From a bacterium (GTDB lineage Bacteria; Zhuqueibacterota; Zhuqueibacteria; Zhuqueibacterales; Zhuqueibacteraceae), in assembly GCA_044869275.1 (NCBI GenBank), contig JBIOXB010000223.1, positions 32,001 through 96,000 on the forward strand: DNA of 64,000 bases, in the 5' to 3' direction. This document shows, piece by piece, positions 21,199 through 29,954 of the stretch. The notes under the pieces were generated by a model. It made no database searches. It was given only the letters and a program-made list of their open reading frames with translations, and was not told the DNA's origin. The translations under genes and the position numbers were made by a program. Every line of letters starts with the position of its first letter. Positions within the stretch are counted from its first letter, which is position 1.

Positions 21199-24100
21199 AT
21201 GGATCGATTGGCCATGCAGAAACTCTTCAGAACCTTGATTTCGATTATTTGTTTTTTGCTGTCGAGTTTCGTTTTTGGCCAGGAGCTCCCGTTCACACAT
21301 TACACCCAGGACAACGAAGTCGTCGCTCTGCCCTCGGCCGACGTTCGCACCATCTATCAAGATCGCGCGAGTTATATATGGTTTGTCGTCTACTCCTCCG
21401 GCTTGCTGCGCTACAATGGTCATAAAACTGATATTTATACCAAAGAAGATGGCCTACCCGATCTGACTGTCCTGCAGATTCTGGAAGATCACTTGGGAAG
21501 GCTCTGGGTTGCGACCAATCTTGGGCTCGCTGTTTCGGAAAAACCACTAAAAGAATATACCGGAAACCAGCGCATTGGCTTTAGCAACAAAATCGGAGCG
21601 ACTCAACTAATCAAAACCAGCATTGTCGCAAACCGAATGGCGGTCGATGCACAAGGAAGGCTCTGGATCGGAACCCGGGAAGATGGGATTCTCCGTTATC
21701 ACTTCAACGGACTGGATTCGGTCTCTGCGGATACAATTGGAACGCGTATTTATGGCGAAGAAAAGAATAAGGATATCCGATCCATAACTCTCCGCCGCGA
21801 TGGATCGGTTTGGGTTGGCATTGGCGGGGGAAATTTGTTGGTGTTCACCGCAGCGTCGGCAGCATATGATGTCCTCGCGGAAAAGGACGGCGCGCCCCGC
21901 TTCGAGACGGATGCGCTCTTTGAGAATCGCTCCGGTAAACTGTGGGGAGGTTGCCGGAATGGGCTGTTGTGGAGCTTGGTGGAAGAGGCGGGCCAACGAA
22001 GAGTGGAGGTTTTCAGTGAAGATCTGAAGAGTAGAATTACTTGCATCACCGGAACACAAGATGGAAAGCTCTGGGTGGCGAGCGATGGCTCCGGAATCAT
22101 GAGCATCACAGATGGCAACTTCCAGGTACCACAAAGCAGTAGTCCGCTTCGCCGCGTCATTTTCACGCAAAGAAACGGGTTGTTAGGCGACAATGTTGCC
22201 TATACTATCGAGGATAGGGAAGGAAACATTTGGCTTGCCCAATTAGGTGGCGTCTCGAAGTTGCGATCGAATTACGCGGCCTTCACGAATTTTCCCCCCA
22301 CCTCGCGTTTGGGCGAAAAATCAGCCTTGCTTAGCCCCTCCCTCAATGCTGTTCTCCCTCCCGCAGAGGGGCGCCCCTCATCGGGCATATGGGTGGGAAC
22401 ATCAGGCGCAGGTGCTGCCCTGATTGAAGCAGAGGGTAAAATCGAATTGATCCAAACCGACAGAGGGTTGCGAGAGAATTGGGTCAATGGTCTGGTTCGG
22501 GACGGCAAGGGACGAATTTGGATGGGAACCGCTGACGGCATAAACTGTCTCTCGTTCGATTCTCAAAATCCTCCTCCGCCCTCTCCGGAAATCCACAGCA
22601 TTTCCGTCCTGAATCGAAAAGGCATCATCGCGGCGTATGAACACCACACCATTTACGCCTGCCAAAAGCTGGCTTTCCCTGCTGCAGATGATAAAATAAA
22701 AAGCGTGGAAAGCCTTTGGTTCCCCGGCTATCAGCACCTTTATTGCTTTAGCGAGAATGAATGGTTCATCTTCAAGACCGCCTCCGGCCTTCCTGCTACA
22801 CTTTTTCATACCGTCGCCTTCGACGAAGCCGGAAGGCTCTTGGTTGGAACCAGGGACCGGGGTCTCTATCGCAGCAGATTTCCTCTCACGCGGACGAGGT
22901 TGCGGCAGTTGCAGGCTGAAGATGTTGGCTTTCCCATAGAGAAAGGCGGCGGAAAATTTGGCCGCGAAATATCAACCTCCATCTTCGAGCCAGTTTGGAA
23001 TCAATCGACCGGCGCGCCTTCCAATCAGATCGAGAACTTGCTGTGGCGAGACGGCATTTTATGGGTTGGAACGACGGAGGGCTTGTCGGTTCTCGAAAGC
23101 GAACCGCCCCGGATGACAACTCATCTCACCGTGGCCCAAGGTCTCAAAGCGAGCAATGTTACCAGCATGGCATTCTCTCCCGTCAGCGGCACACTCTGGG
23201 TGGGCACCAACGGCGGGCTGGCCGAAATTGATCCGCAGACTCGAAAAGTCATCCGCACGGTCACCAAGCAAGACGGTCTGGTCGACAACGAAGTTTGGTT
23301 CTATGGTTCGGTCGTGATGGCCGCAGATGGAGCAGTCTACTTCGGCACCGCAAAAGGACTCGCCATTTACCGGCCCCAGCTCGACAAGCCCAGTTCAGTT
23401 CTTCCCATCTTGCGCTTGGAGCGGGCGGACTTCACCGAAGACCACAGCGGCGACAACGAGATCGCATTTGAGTACGCCGCTCTGAGTTTTGCCAACGAGA
23501 AGCTGGTGCGATATAAAACCCGTTTGGTTGGCTACGATAAGGCTTGGACAGAGGAAAAAAGTGAGTTCAAGATTCGCTACACCAATCTGCCGGCATTTCT
23601 CTTTTCAAAGAAATACACATTTGAAGTGCTGGCTTCCAACGACGCCGGTTTTTGGACGGAAATGCCGCTGCTGCACTCATTCACGGTCCAGCCGCCCTGG
23701 TGGTTTCGCTGGTGGTGGCTGGCGTTGAATGCGGTGCTCTGGCTTGCCATTGTTTATGGCTTCAGCCGTTACCGCTTGCGACGACTCGAGATGAGGAGCA
23801 AGGTACTGGAAAGAACCGTACAGGAAAGAACGGAGGAAATTCGGCAGCAGGCAGAAGAACTGGAGACCTTAGACGGGATCGTGAAAGTGATCAACCGTGA
23901 AGTGGCGCTGGAAAGTGTTCTGCGCTCATTGCTCGAGCAGGGACTGAAGCTTTTTCCCCAGGCTGAAAAGGCCTCCGTTCTTCTCTTCGATCCTCAAATC
24001 GGCCGTTTTAAATTCGCCGTCGCTGCGGGATATGATCCCCACACGTTGAAGGATGTTTTCTTCACTCCAGAGGAATTGGTCAGCCGTTATTCGCAGGGAT

Positions 24101-25188
24101 CAGAAGAAGTGGGAAGCGGCGTTTACATCGTCCGGGATTTGCAAAATCGGTATGTCGAGAAGAAGTTGAACCTCGCCGCCATGCCGAGATCTGTGCTGGC
24201 GATGACGGCGGCATGGGAGAGCAAGCCGGAAGCGTATTTGATTTTTGATAACCTGACAAATGCCGAAGCGTTCGATCATTCCGACGCCCACAAACTCGGC
24301 CGCTTCCGCGAGCACGCGATTTCCGCCATTGCCAAAGCGAAAATGCTGCAGGAGCTCCAGGAGAAAAACGCTGAGATCATCAAAACACAAAATCAGCTCA
24401 TCATGCAAGAAAAGCTTGCTTCTCTTGGCGCTTTGACCGCGGGCATCGCGCATGAGATCAGAAATCCCTTGAACTTCGTCAATAATTTTGCCGAGCTTTC
24501 CACAGACTTGACCCAAAGCCTGCAGGAGGATCTCACCCAGCAGGAAGATCGGCTGGATCCCAAAGTGCGTGCGAATATGGAAGAGCTTGTCCAAGATTTG
24601 CAGCAAAATTTGGCAAAGATCAACCAGCACGGCAAGAGAATCGACACCATCGTGGGCGGCATGCTCCTGCACTCCCAGGGAAAAACCGGAGAACGCGTGC
24701 CGACCGAAATAAACGCTTTATTGGATGAATATGTTCATCTCGCTGATCATGGCTTGCGGGCACAGGATTCGAGTTACAGTGTCGCCATAAAGACGGATTA
24801 TGATCGATCTATCGGTGAGATTGAAGTGGTGCCGCTGGACCTCAGTCGCGTTTTTCTCAACATGGTCAAAAATGCCTGCTATGCCGCCAATGAAAAGAAA
24901 AAAACTGCACCTCCACCGTTTATCCCAACGGTTTCTGTTTGCACAAGGAACTTGAATGGTAACGTGGAGATACGTATTCGAGATAATGGCAGTGGCATTC
25001 CCAAGAACATTGTGGACAGAATTTTCAACCCTTTTTTCACGACCAAGCCGACTGGGCAGGGTACGGGGCTGGGTTTGTCGCTCAGTTACGATGTGGTGGT
25101 GAAGGAGCACAAAGGGGAAATAAAAGTTGAGACCGAAGAGGGGCAATATGCGGAATTCATCATCACGTTGCCAATGAGCAAGAAGTAG
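21199..25188 (+). CDS. Sensor histidine kinase (beta-propeller, Y_Y_Y, TM, GAF-like, HisKA, HATPase)
   Basis: Signal peptide, EDxxGxxWxxT repeats, PPWWFRWW plus TM, AHEIRNPL, DNGSG, FFTTK, GTGLGL. Confidence 0.92.
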   Translation: MDRLAMQKLFRTLISIICFLLSSFVFGQELPFTHYTQDNEVVALPSADVRTIYQDRASYIWFVVYSSGLLRYNGHKTDIYTKEDGLPDLTVLQILEDHLGRLWVATNLGLAVSEKPLKEYTGNQRIGFSNKIGATQLIKTSIVANRMAVDAQGRLWIGTREDGILRYHFNGLDSVSADTIGTRIYGEEKNKDIRSITLRRDGSVWVGIGGGNLLVFTAASAAYDVLAEKDGAPRFETDALFENRSGKLWGGCRNGLLWSLVEEAGQRRVEVFSEDLKSRITCITGTQDGKLWVASDGSGIMSITDGNFQVPQSSSPLRRVIFTQRNGLLGDNVAYTIEDREGNIWLAQLGGVSKLRSNYAAFTNFPPTSRLGEKSALLSPSLNAVLPPAEGRPSSGIWVGTSGAGAALIEAEGKIELIQTDRGLRENWVNGLVRDGKGRIWMGTADGINCLSFDSQNPPPPSPEIHSISVLNRKGIIAAYEHHTIYACQKLAFPAADDKIKSVESLWFPGYQHLYCFSENEWFIFKTASGLPATLFHTVAFDEAGRLLVGTRDRGLYRSRFPLTRTRLRQLQAEDVGFPIEKGGGKFGREISTSIFEPVWNQSTGAPSNQIENLLWRDGILWVGTTEGLSVLESEPPRMTTHLTVAQGLKASNVTSMAFSPVSGTLWVGTNGGLAEIDPQTRKVIRTVTKQDGLVDNEVWFYGSVVMAADGAVYFGTAKGLAIYRPQLDKPSSVLPILRLERADFTEDHSGDNEIAFEYAALSFANEKLVRYKTRLVGYDKAWTEEKSEFKIRYTNLPAFLFSKKYTFEVLASNDAGFWTEMPLLHSFTVQPPWWFRWWWLALNAVLWLAIVYGFSRYRLRRLEMRSKVLERTVQERTEEIRQQAEELETLDGIVKVINREVALESVLRSLLEQGLKLFPQAEKASVLLFDPQIGRFKFAVAAGYDPHTLKDVFFTPEELVSRYSQGSEEVGSGVYIVRDLQNRYVEKKLNLAAMPRSVLAMTAAWESKPEAYLIFDNLTNAEAFDHSDAHKLGRFREHAISAIAKAKMLQELQEKNAEIIKTQNQLIMQEKLASLGALTAGIAHEIRNPLNFVNNFAELSTDLTQSLQEDLTQQEDRLDPKVRANMEELVQDLQQNLAKINQHGKRIDTIVGGMLLHSQGKTGERVPTEINALLDEYVHLADHGLRAQDSSYSVAIKTDYDRSIGEIEVVPLDLSRVFLNMVKNACYAANEKKKTAPPPFIPTVSVCTRNLNGNVEIRIRDNGSGIPKNIVDRIFNPFFTTKPTGQGTGLGLSLSYDVVVKEHKGEIKVETEEGQYAEFIITLPMSKK

Positions 25189-25282
25189 CCAAGCGGCCGG
25201 GAGTCAAAAGAAATCGGAGGAGCGATAAGGGCGATGAGCGACTCAAACCTGGAATAGAATTTCAAAAGTTTTTTGCATTCTG

Positions 25283-25418
25283 ATAACAACTCTTTCATCA
25301 TAGAGAACACGGAGTTCACAGCGCGGCAGAGCCGCAACCAAAATGGTTACACACGGATCAAAAAACCACACGGAAATTTTTAACTATCTGCGTGGTTTTT
25401 TAATCTGCGTGGAATTAA
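25283..25418. repeat. Dispersed ~130-bp palindromic element, copy 2 (inverted relative to 9641-9770)
   Basis: gccgcaaccaaaatggtt.cacacggatcaaaa.accacacggaa shared with copy 1. Confidence 0.75.
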
Positions 25419-25694
25419 TCTTTGCTGTCTTGCAAAGATCTCGCTTCTATCTGTCTACGCCAGAAACCTTGTTAAAAAAGTTAAGTTTTGAGAGTTTGTA
25501 TTACAGAGAAATTTTGGGCATTTCACAGAGTAAGACTCGCTCTTTAATACAAACCTGCGAAATCTGCGGATAGAGAATCATTTGATTGTGGTTCAGCCTT
25601 GCTGTGAATCTCTATGCGCTCCGTATCTCTGTGTCGAAAAGCGCTTATATTTCAAGAACACGGCACTTGTTTTGTTCGCTGGGACGTACCCCTA

Positions 25695-27026
25695 TCAATG
25701 CCCACCTCCACCGCCGCCCGAACTGTTCAGCAGGGTGAAGACTGCAGTTGCGTCCGAGAGCGTGCCCATCGTTCCAGCCACTGTGATCGGCGCAAACTTC
25801 CCTGCAGCCCCCGCGCTGGTGGTTGAATTGCTCAGCACCAGGGATTCGCCCCAACCGAGCAAGACGAGTTGCAGCGCAGCAGCGTCAGTACCGACTATTC
25901 CAAGCCCCGCCACGTGATTGAATTCAGCGGCGAGAAGCTCCCTTTGGAGTGCGTCAAGATCGCTTTTGACGGGTTTATTCAGAAGATCAAAGGCATCCTG
26001 GAGGCCATCGCCATTTGGCAAGAGAAACGGATCGGAAGGCAGCAAAGCTCGGATCTGAATGACAAAGCCCTGAAGCATCGTTTTGGAATAATCTGCTTTG
26101 CCTTTGCCAGTTAGGGCAATCTGCAATTGCTTTTTCCAGTACGTGGCGGATCTTCCTGTCGTCACCAGCGTTCCGGATTTGAAGTCATTAATGAGCTGGC
26201 TTGCCTTGGGCTCGAATCCAAAATCATTCCCACTGGCGTCTGGACCGACAGAGACGTTGACTTCGGCCGGGGTCGTCGCTGCCAGATAGTTGGTCGAGTT
26301 CGTTTCGAGTGTGGTTTCGTCAACCTTAATCGTGTAAGCTCCGGCTGGGAAGCCCTCGAAGACATAGAATCCACTGTTGGAGGTGACAGCTGTGCCGACA
26401 ACCGAGTCATCAGAATCAAAAAGATTTAGTGTGACATTCTTGATGCCGGCTTCGTTACCGTCAAGGAGCCCACTGGTGTTTGCGTCAGTGAAAACAGTTC
26501 CTGAGATATCAAAGACGCGTGCACAAGCACCCGCAATTTCTCCAACTTGAGTCGTGCCGTTGGATTTTACGGACACCAAAACGATTCCCTCGCGAACCGA
26601 CCCTGGGTAGGTTACGGAAAAAGTGAATGTGTTCTCTTCACCGGATCCAACGCTGGGGTGCCATTCAACGCCCGGGTTGATCACGGGGTCTGGATTGGTG
26701 GTTGATCCGTTGGTTGGGGACAATGCGGACAAGGCTGGAGCACAGGAGGGGAGCTCGAGCCTGAAATGCATATCCACCGCCGGGCCGGATACCGTGTAAG
26801 TGAAAGTCGTTTGGGTACCATCGAAGGTTTGCCCATCATAATGGACATGGAAACCGGCGAGATCGAGGGCTGTCGGCGCAAGTTTTTGCAGCGCTACTGT
26901 TTCATAGTTGCCCGATTGCTGTTTTGGTGCGGATGGACTTGTAACTGGATTTTTCGTTCCGTCACAACCCGAGGCAATCAACCCGGCGACCGTGGCAATG
27001 AATGCGAGGGACAACAGCTTTTTCAT
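25695..27026 (-). CDS. Lipoprotein with SdrD B-like domain
   Basis: RBS AGGAG, lipobox IASGC, ISGTVFTDANTSGLLDGNEAGIKNVTLNL...GFYVF...GAYTI. Confidence 0.85.
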   Translation of the reverse strand: MKKLLSLAFIATVAGLIASGCDGTKNPVTSPSAPKQQSGNYETVALQKLAPTALDLAGFHVHYDGQTFDGTQTTFTYTVSGPAVDMHFRLELPSCAPALSALSPTNGSTTNPDPVINPGVEWHPSVGSGEENTFTFSVTYPGSVREGIVLVSVKSNGTTQVGEIAGACARVFDISGTVFTDANTSGLLDGNEAGIKNVTLNLFDSDDSVVGTAVTSNSGFYVFEGFPAGAYTIKVDETTLETNSTNYLAATTPAEVNVSVGPDASGNDFGFEPKASQLINDFKSGTLVTTGRSATYWKKQLQIALTGKGKADYSKTMLQGFVIQIRALLPSDPFLLPNGDGLQDAFDLLNKPVKSDLDALQRELLAAEFNHVAGLGIVGTDAAALQLVLLGWGESLVLSNSTTSAGAAGKFAPITVAGTMGTLSDATAVFTLLNSSGGGGGGH

Positions 27027-27199
27027 GGATACTCCTTTTAGAGTTGTGAAATTGACGATTACATAAACATATAAAATACAATTATTTTCCCTTGTAAAGC
27101 AAGCAGTACTTTCTCTTGTCGAAACGGAATGACTTCACTCCAACCTGTCCCAAACGGGAAAGGAAGCACTTTTTTGTGCTTTTGTGAGCTTGAATGCAT

Positions 27200-27225
27200 T
27201 ACAAACGACCAGAACAAAAGTTGGT
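27200..27225 (-). promoter_or_regulatory. Putative ECF sigma promoter for the SdrD-B lipoprotein
   Basis: Minus strand ACCAAC-ttttgttctggtcgtt-TGTA (16-nt spacer). Confidence 0.7.
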
Positions 27226-27288
27226 GAGGTTGCATGTTAATTTTTTGCAGTGTAGTTTTTGCTTGTTTTTGAAAACACTCATTTGGCG

Positions 27289-27314
27289 ACCAACTTTTTG
27301 GTTTTTCGACTGTA
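27289..27314 (+). promoter_or_regulatory. Putative ECF sigma autoregulatory promoter
   Basis: ACCAAC-tttttggtttttcgac-TGTA directly before ATG 27318. Confidence 0.72.
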
Positions 27315-27317
27315 GTT

Positions 27318-27872
27318 ATGACAGAACCCAATGACCAGGTATTTGTGCGGGAATGTCTGCACGGCAACCAGGAAGCTTTTGGCGCCCTTATTGGCCGGCA
27401 CCAGCGGGCAGTCTTCAATGTGGCATTGCGTATGACCAAAGATTATCAAGAGGCGCAGGACGTCACCCAGGCCGTCTTCATTAAAGCATATGAGAAGCTG
27501 GGCGAATACGACGCGCAATACAAGTTTTTTAGCTGGATTTATCGCATGGCCGTGAATGAGGCGCTGAATTTCATCAAACGCAAGCAGCGCTTTGAGGGAT
27601 TAAATCCGAACCAAGATTACGCGGCTCTTACCCCAAACCCGGCAGACGATTACGAGGAAAGCGAGATGAGCCGCAATATTCAAAACGCCCTGATGTTGTT
27701 GAAAGTGGACTACCGCGCCATTATCGTCCTCAAGCATTTTCAGGAGCTCTCGTATCATGAGATCGGCTATATTCTCGGTTTACCCGAAAAAACCGTGAAG
27801 TCCCGCTTGTTCACTGCGCGGCAACTATTGAAGCAGGTTCTGCTCAAACAGGGATATGTTGAAAATGATTGA
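27318..27872 (+). CDS. ECF RNA polymerase sigma factor
   Basis: AFGALI..HQ, AQDVTQAVFIKAY, FFSWIYRMAVN, LSYHEIG..LGLPEKTVKSRL. Confidence 0.95.
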   Translation: MTEPNDQVFVRECLHGNQEAFGALIGRHQRAVFNVALRMTKDYQEAQDVTQAVFIKAYEKLGEYDAQYKFFSWIYRMAVNEALNFIKRKQRFEGLNPNQDYAALTPNPADDYEESEMSRNIQNALMLLKVDYRAIIVLKHFQELSYHEIGYILGLPEKTVKSRLFTARQLLKQVLLKQGYVEND

Positions 27873-28647
27873 AGATAAATACCTCGAGCTCATACACGGC
27901 GAGATCGACCGCGCCAACTCGGCCGAGGAAAGTGCGAAGCTCAGAGCCTTTCTTGCTGCCCATGCCGAGGCGCGGCAGTTCTACGAGGAACTGACGGGCA
28001 TGACGGCCATGCTGCAGGAGGTGAAACCCGTCGAGCCGCCGCCGCATCTGCCGCAGGTGATCATGAACCTCTTGCCGATGCGCCCCTCTTCCGCCCGGGA
28101 AAAACGCAACTTCATCACTGCGGCAAGAACCTGGCTTGCGGCCACATTTCGCCCCGGCTACGCTTTCGCTTTTGCCGGGGGCGCGGTTGCCGGAGTGATC
28201 CTGCTCGTTTTGTTTTCGCAGCCGGTACTGAAGGACGAGGTCACAGATTGGTCAAAGCTGTATGGCACAATGGGAGCGCCGCAAACCGGAGAAAATGCGT
28301 CTGGTGAGAAACGCCTGGAAATCAGCCAGCCGGAAGTGACCGGCACCATCAGCTTGAAACCTGCCGGTGAAAGCATGATCATTGAGATCGTGCTCGATTC
28401 GCCGCAATCCCTCGAGCTCGTGATTTCATTTGATGAGAAAGCACTCGGCTTCAAGAGCCTTATCGAATTTGAGAAAGTGGCGCCAATTGAGATGGTCCTG
28501 AATGTGGGTTCGATAAGATTCACACACTCGAGCCGGCAGAGCTATGCCCTCGTTTTTGCGCGGCGCGCCGCCACAACACCGGCCATCGATTTCAAGGTTC
28601 TGCAGAATAGCGCGTTGTTGTATCAAAACACGCTGGAGGATCGCTAG
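27865..28647 (+). CDS. Membrane-bound anti-sigma factor
   Basis: Overlaps the sigma stop; degenerate ZAS-like N-terminus without Cys, single TM (AFAGGAVAGVILLVLF), periplasmic beta domain. Confidence 0.78.
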   Translation: MIEDKYLELIHGEIDRANSAEESAKLRAFLAAHAEARQFYEELTGMTAMLQEVKPVEPPPHLPQVIMNLLPMRPSSAREKRNFITAARTWLAATFRPGYAFAFAGGAVAGVILLVLFSQPVLKDEVTDWSKLYGTMGAPQTGENASGEKRLEISQPEVTGTISLKPAGESMIIEIVLDSPQSLELVISFDEKALGFKSLIEFEKVAPIEMVLNVGSIRFTHSSRQSYALVFARRAATTPAIDFKVLQNSALLYQNTLEDR

Positions 28648-28706
28648 CCCGGTAAATTTATAAAACTAAACCGCCGAGACGCCAGCAAAATAATTTTGCG
28701 AGCTTC

Positions 28707-28732
28707 ACCAACTTTTCAATGTTTGGATTGTA
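28707..28732 (+). promoter_or_regulatory. Putative ECF sigma promoter for the repeat-protein operon
   Basis: ACCAAC-ttttcaatgtttggat-TGTA. Confidence 0.7.
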
Positions 28733-28805
28733 TTTCAATCAGAACTGCAAAGATGAATAAGAACGCATTTATCAATTCTGCATCATGTTTCAACCGGAGG
28801 CCGTC

Positions 28806-29801
28806 ATGAGCAATAGCACCCCATTGGTCAATCGCAAGAATCTGTGGTTAATCGCCGGCGCCCTCATCGTCGTGCTGGCGATTGGTTACTATGCGCTCAG
28901 CATTCGCCCGCCTTCGCTTGAAGATACCGCCGGCACCATCGGTGGCGTGAAGAAAGCCGAGAAGTATCAAAGCGAACAAATGAGCGATAAGGACGTGGTC
29001 TTAACCTCCGCCCAAATTCAAAACCTGCTACAGAACGATCAGATTCAAAATCTCATCACCAGCTCCGAGTTCAAAGCGGTGATGGCAAACGCGGAGCTGC
29101 GCTCGGCGCTGGCGAGTCCGGAGTTGCGTTCGGCAATGGCCAGCCCGGAGCTGAGATCAGCATTGGCAAGTCCGGAACTGCGCTCAGCATTGGCGAGTCC
29201 GGAGTTGCGTTCGGCAATGGCCAGCCCAGAGCTGCGCTCGGCGCTCGCGAGCCCGGAGTTGCGTTCAGCACTGGCCAGCCCAGAGTTGAGGTCGGCTTTA
29301 GCAAGTCCGGAACTGCGCTCAGCATTGGCGAGTCCGGAGTTGCGTTCGGCAATGGCCAGCCCGGAACTGCGCTCGGCGTTGGCTAATGCCGATCTTAAAG
29401 CGGCGCTGGCGAGCCCGGAATTGCAAGCCGCCTTGGCCAGTCCTGAACTCCGCTCCGTGATGGCGAACCCGGAATTGCGTTCGGCATTGGCGAATCCAAA
29501 TTTGCAGGCGGCGATGGCAAACGCGGAATTACGTTCAGCGCTGGCGAGCCCTGAGATGCAAGCGGCCTTGGCAAGTCCCGAGCTGCGTTCCGCTTTGGCG
29601 AGCCCGGAATTGCGGTCAGCGCTGGCGAGCCCTGAAATGCAAGCGGCATTGGCGAGCCCGGAATTGCGCTTGGCGTTGGCCAGTCCGGAATTGAGTGCGG
29701 CCCTGGCGAATCCGGAAATGCAAGCCGCGATGGCGAATGCCGAGCTGCGCTCGGCGCTGGCGAATCCTAATTTTCAAGCGGCGATGTTGCAGGCGCAGTG
29801 A
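28806..29801 (+). CDS. Membrane-anchored or exported nonapeptide (SPELRSALA) tandem-repeat protein
   Basis: RBS GGAGG before ATG 28806; N-terminal TM, GTIGGVKKAEKYQSEQ segment, about 27 9-aa repeats. Confidence 0.85.
   Translation: MSNSTPLVNRKNLWLIAGALIVVLAIGYYALSIRPPSLEDTAGTIGGVKKAEKYQSEQMSDKDVVLTSAQIQNLLQNDQIQNLITSSEFKAVMANAELRSALASPELRSAMASPELRSALASPELRSALASPELRSAMASPELRSALASPELRSALASPELRSALASPELRSALASPELRSAMASPELRSALANADLKAALASPELQAALASPELRSVMANPELRSALANPNLQAAMANAELRSALASPEMQAALASPELRSALASPELRSALASPEMQAALASPELRLALASPELSAALANPEMQAAMANAELRSALANPNFQAAMLQAQ
29061..29789 (+). repeat. 27-bp coding tandem repeat, about 27 units
   Basis: Codon-degenerate units; an exact 62-bp block recurs at 29166 and 29301 (135 bp = 5 units apart). 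Confidence 0.9.
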
Positions 29802-29954
29802 GTGAGGTGGTACCGATTTCCATTGGCGTGCAGCTTCCCTCCCTTGTTTGTCATTCTGGAAGAATCTTTTTCAGCTTGAGTAAATTGCTCAGAGGCGAGA
29901 GAGATTTTCCAGAATGACTTTCTGTTTTTGAGCAAAGGCGTCCCGGAGGAAGAA

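Noticed and set aside
29061..29789. Regular 27-bp repeats as a CRISPR array
   Set aside because: No unique spacers, variation is mostly at third codon positions, the array lies in an open frame, and there are no cas genes
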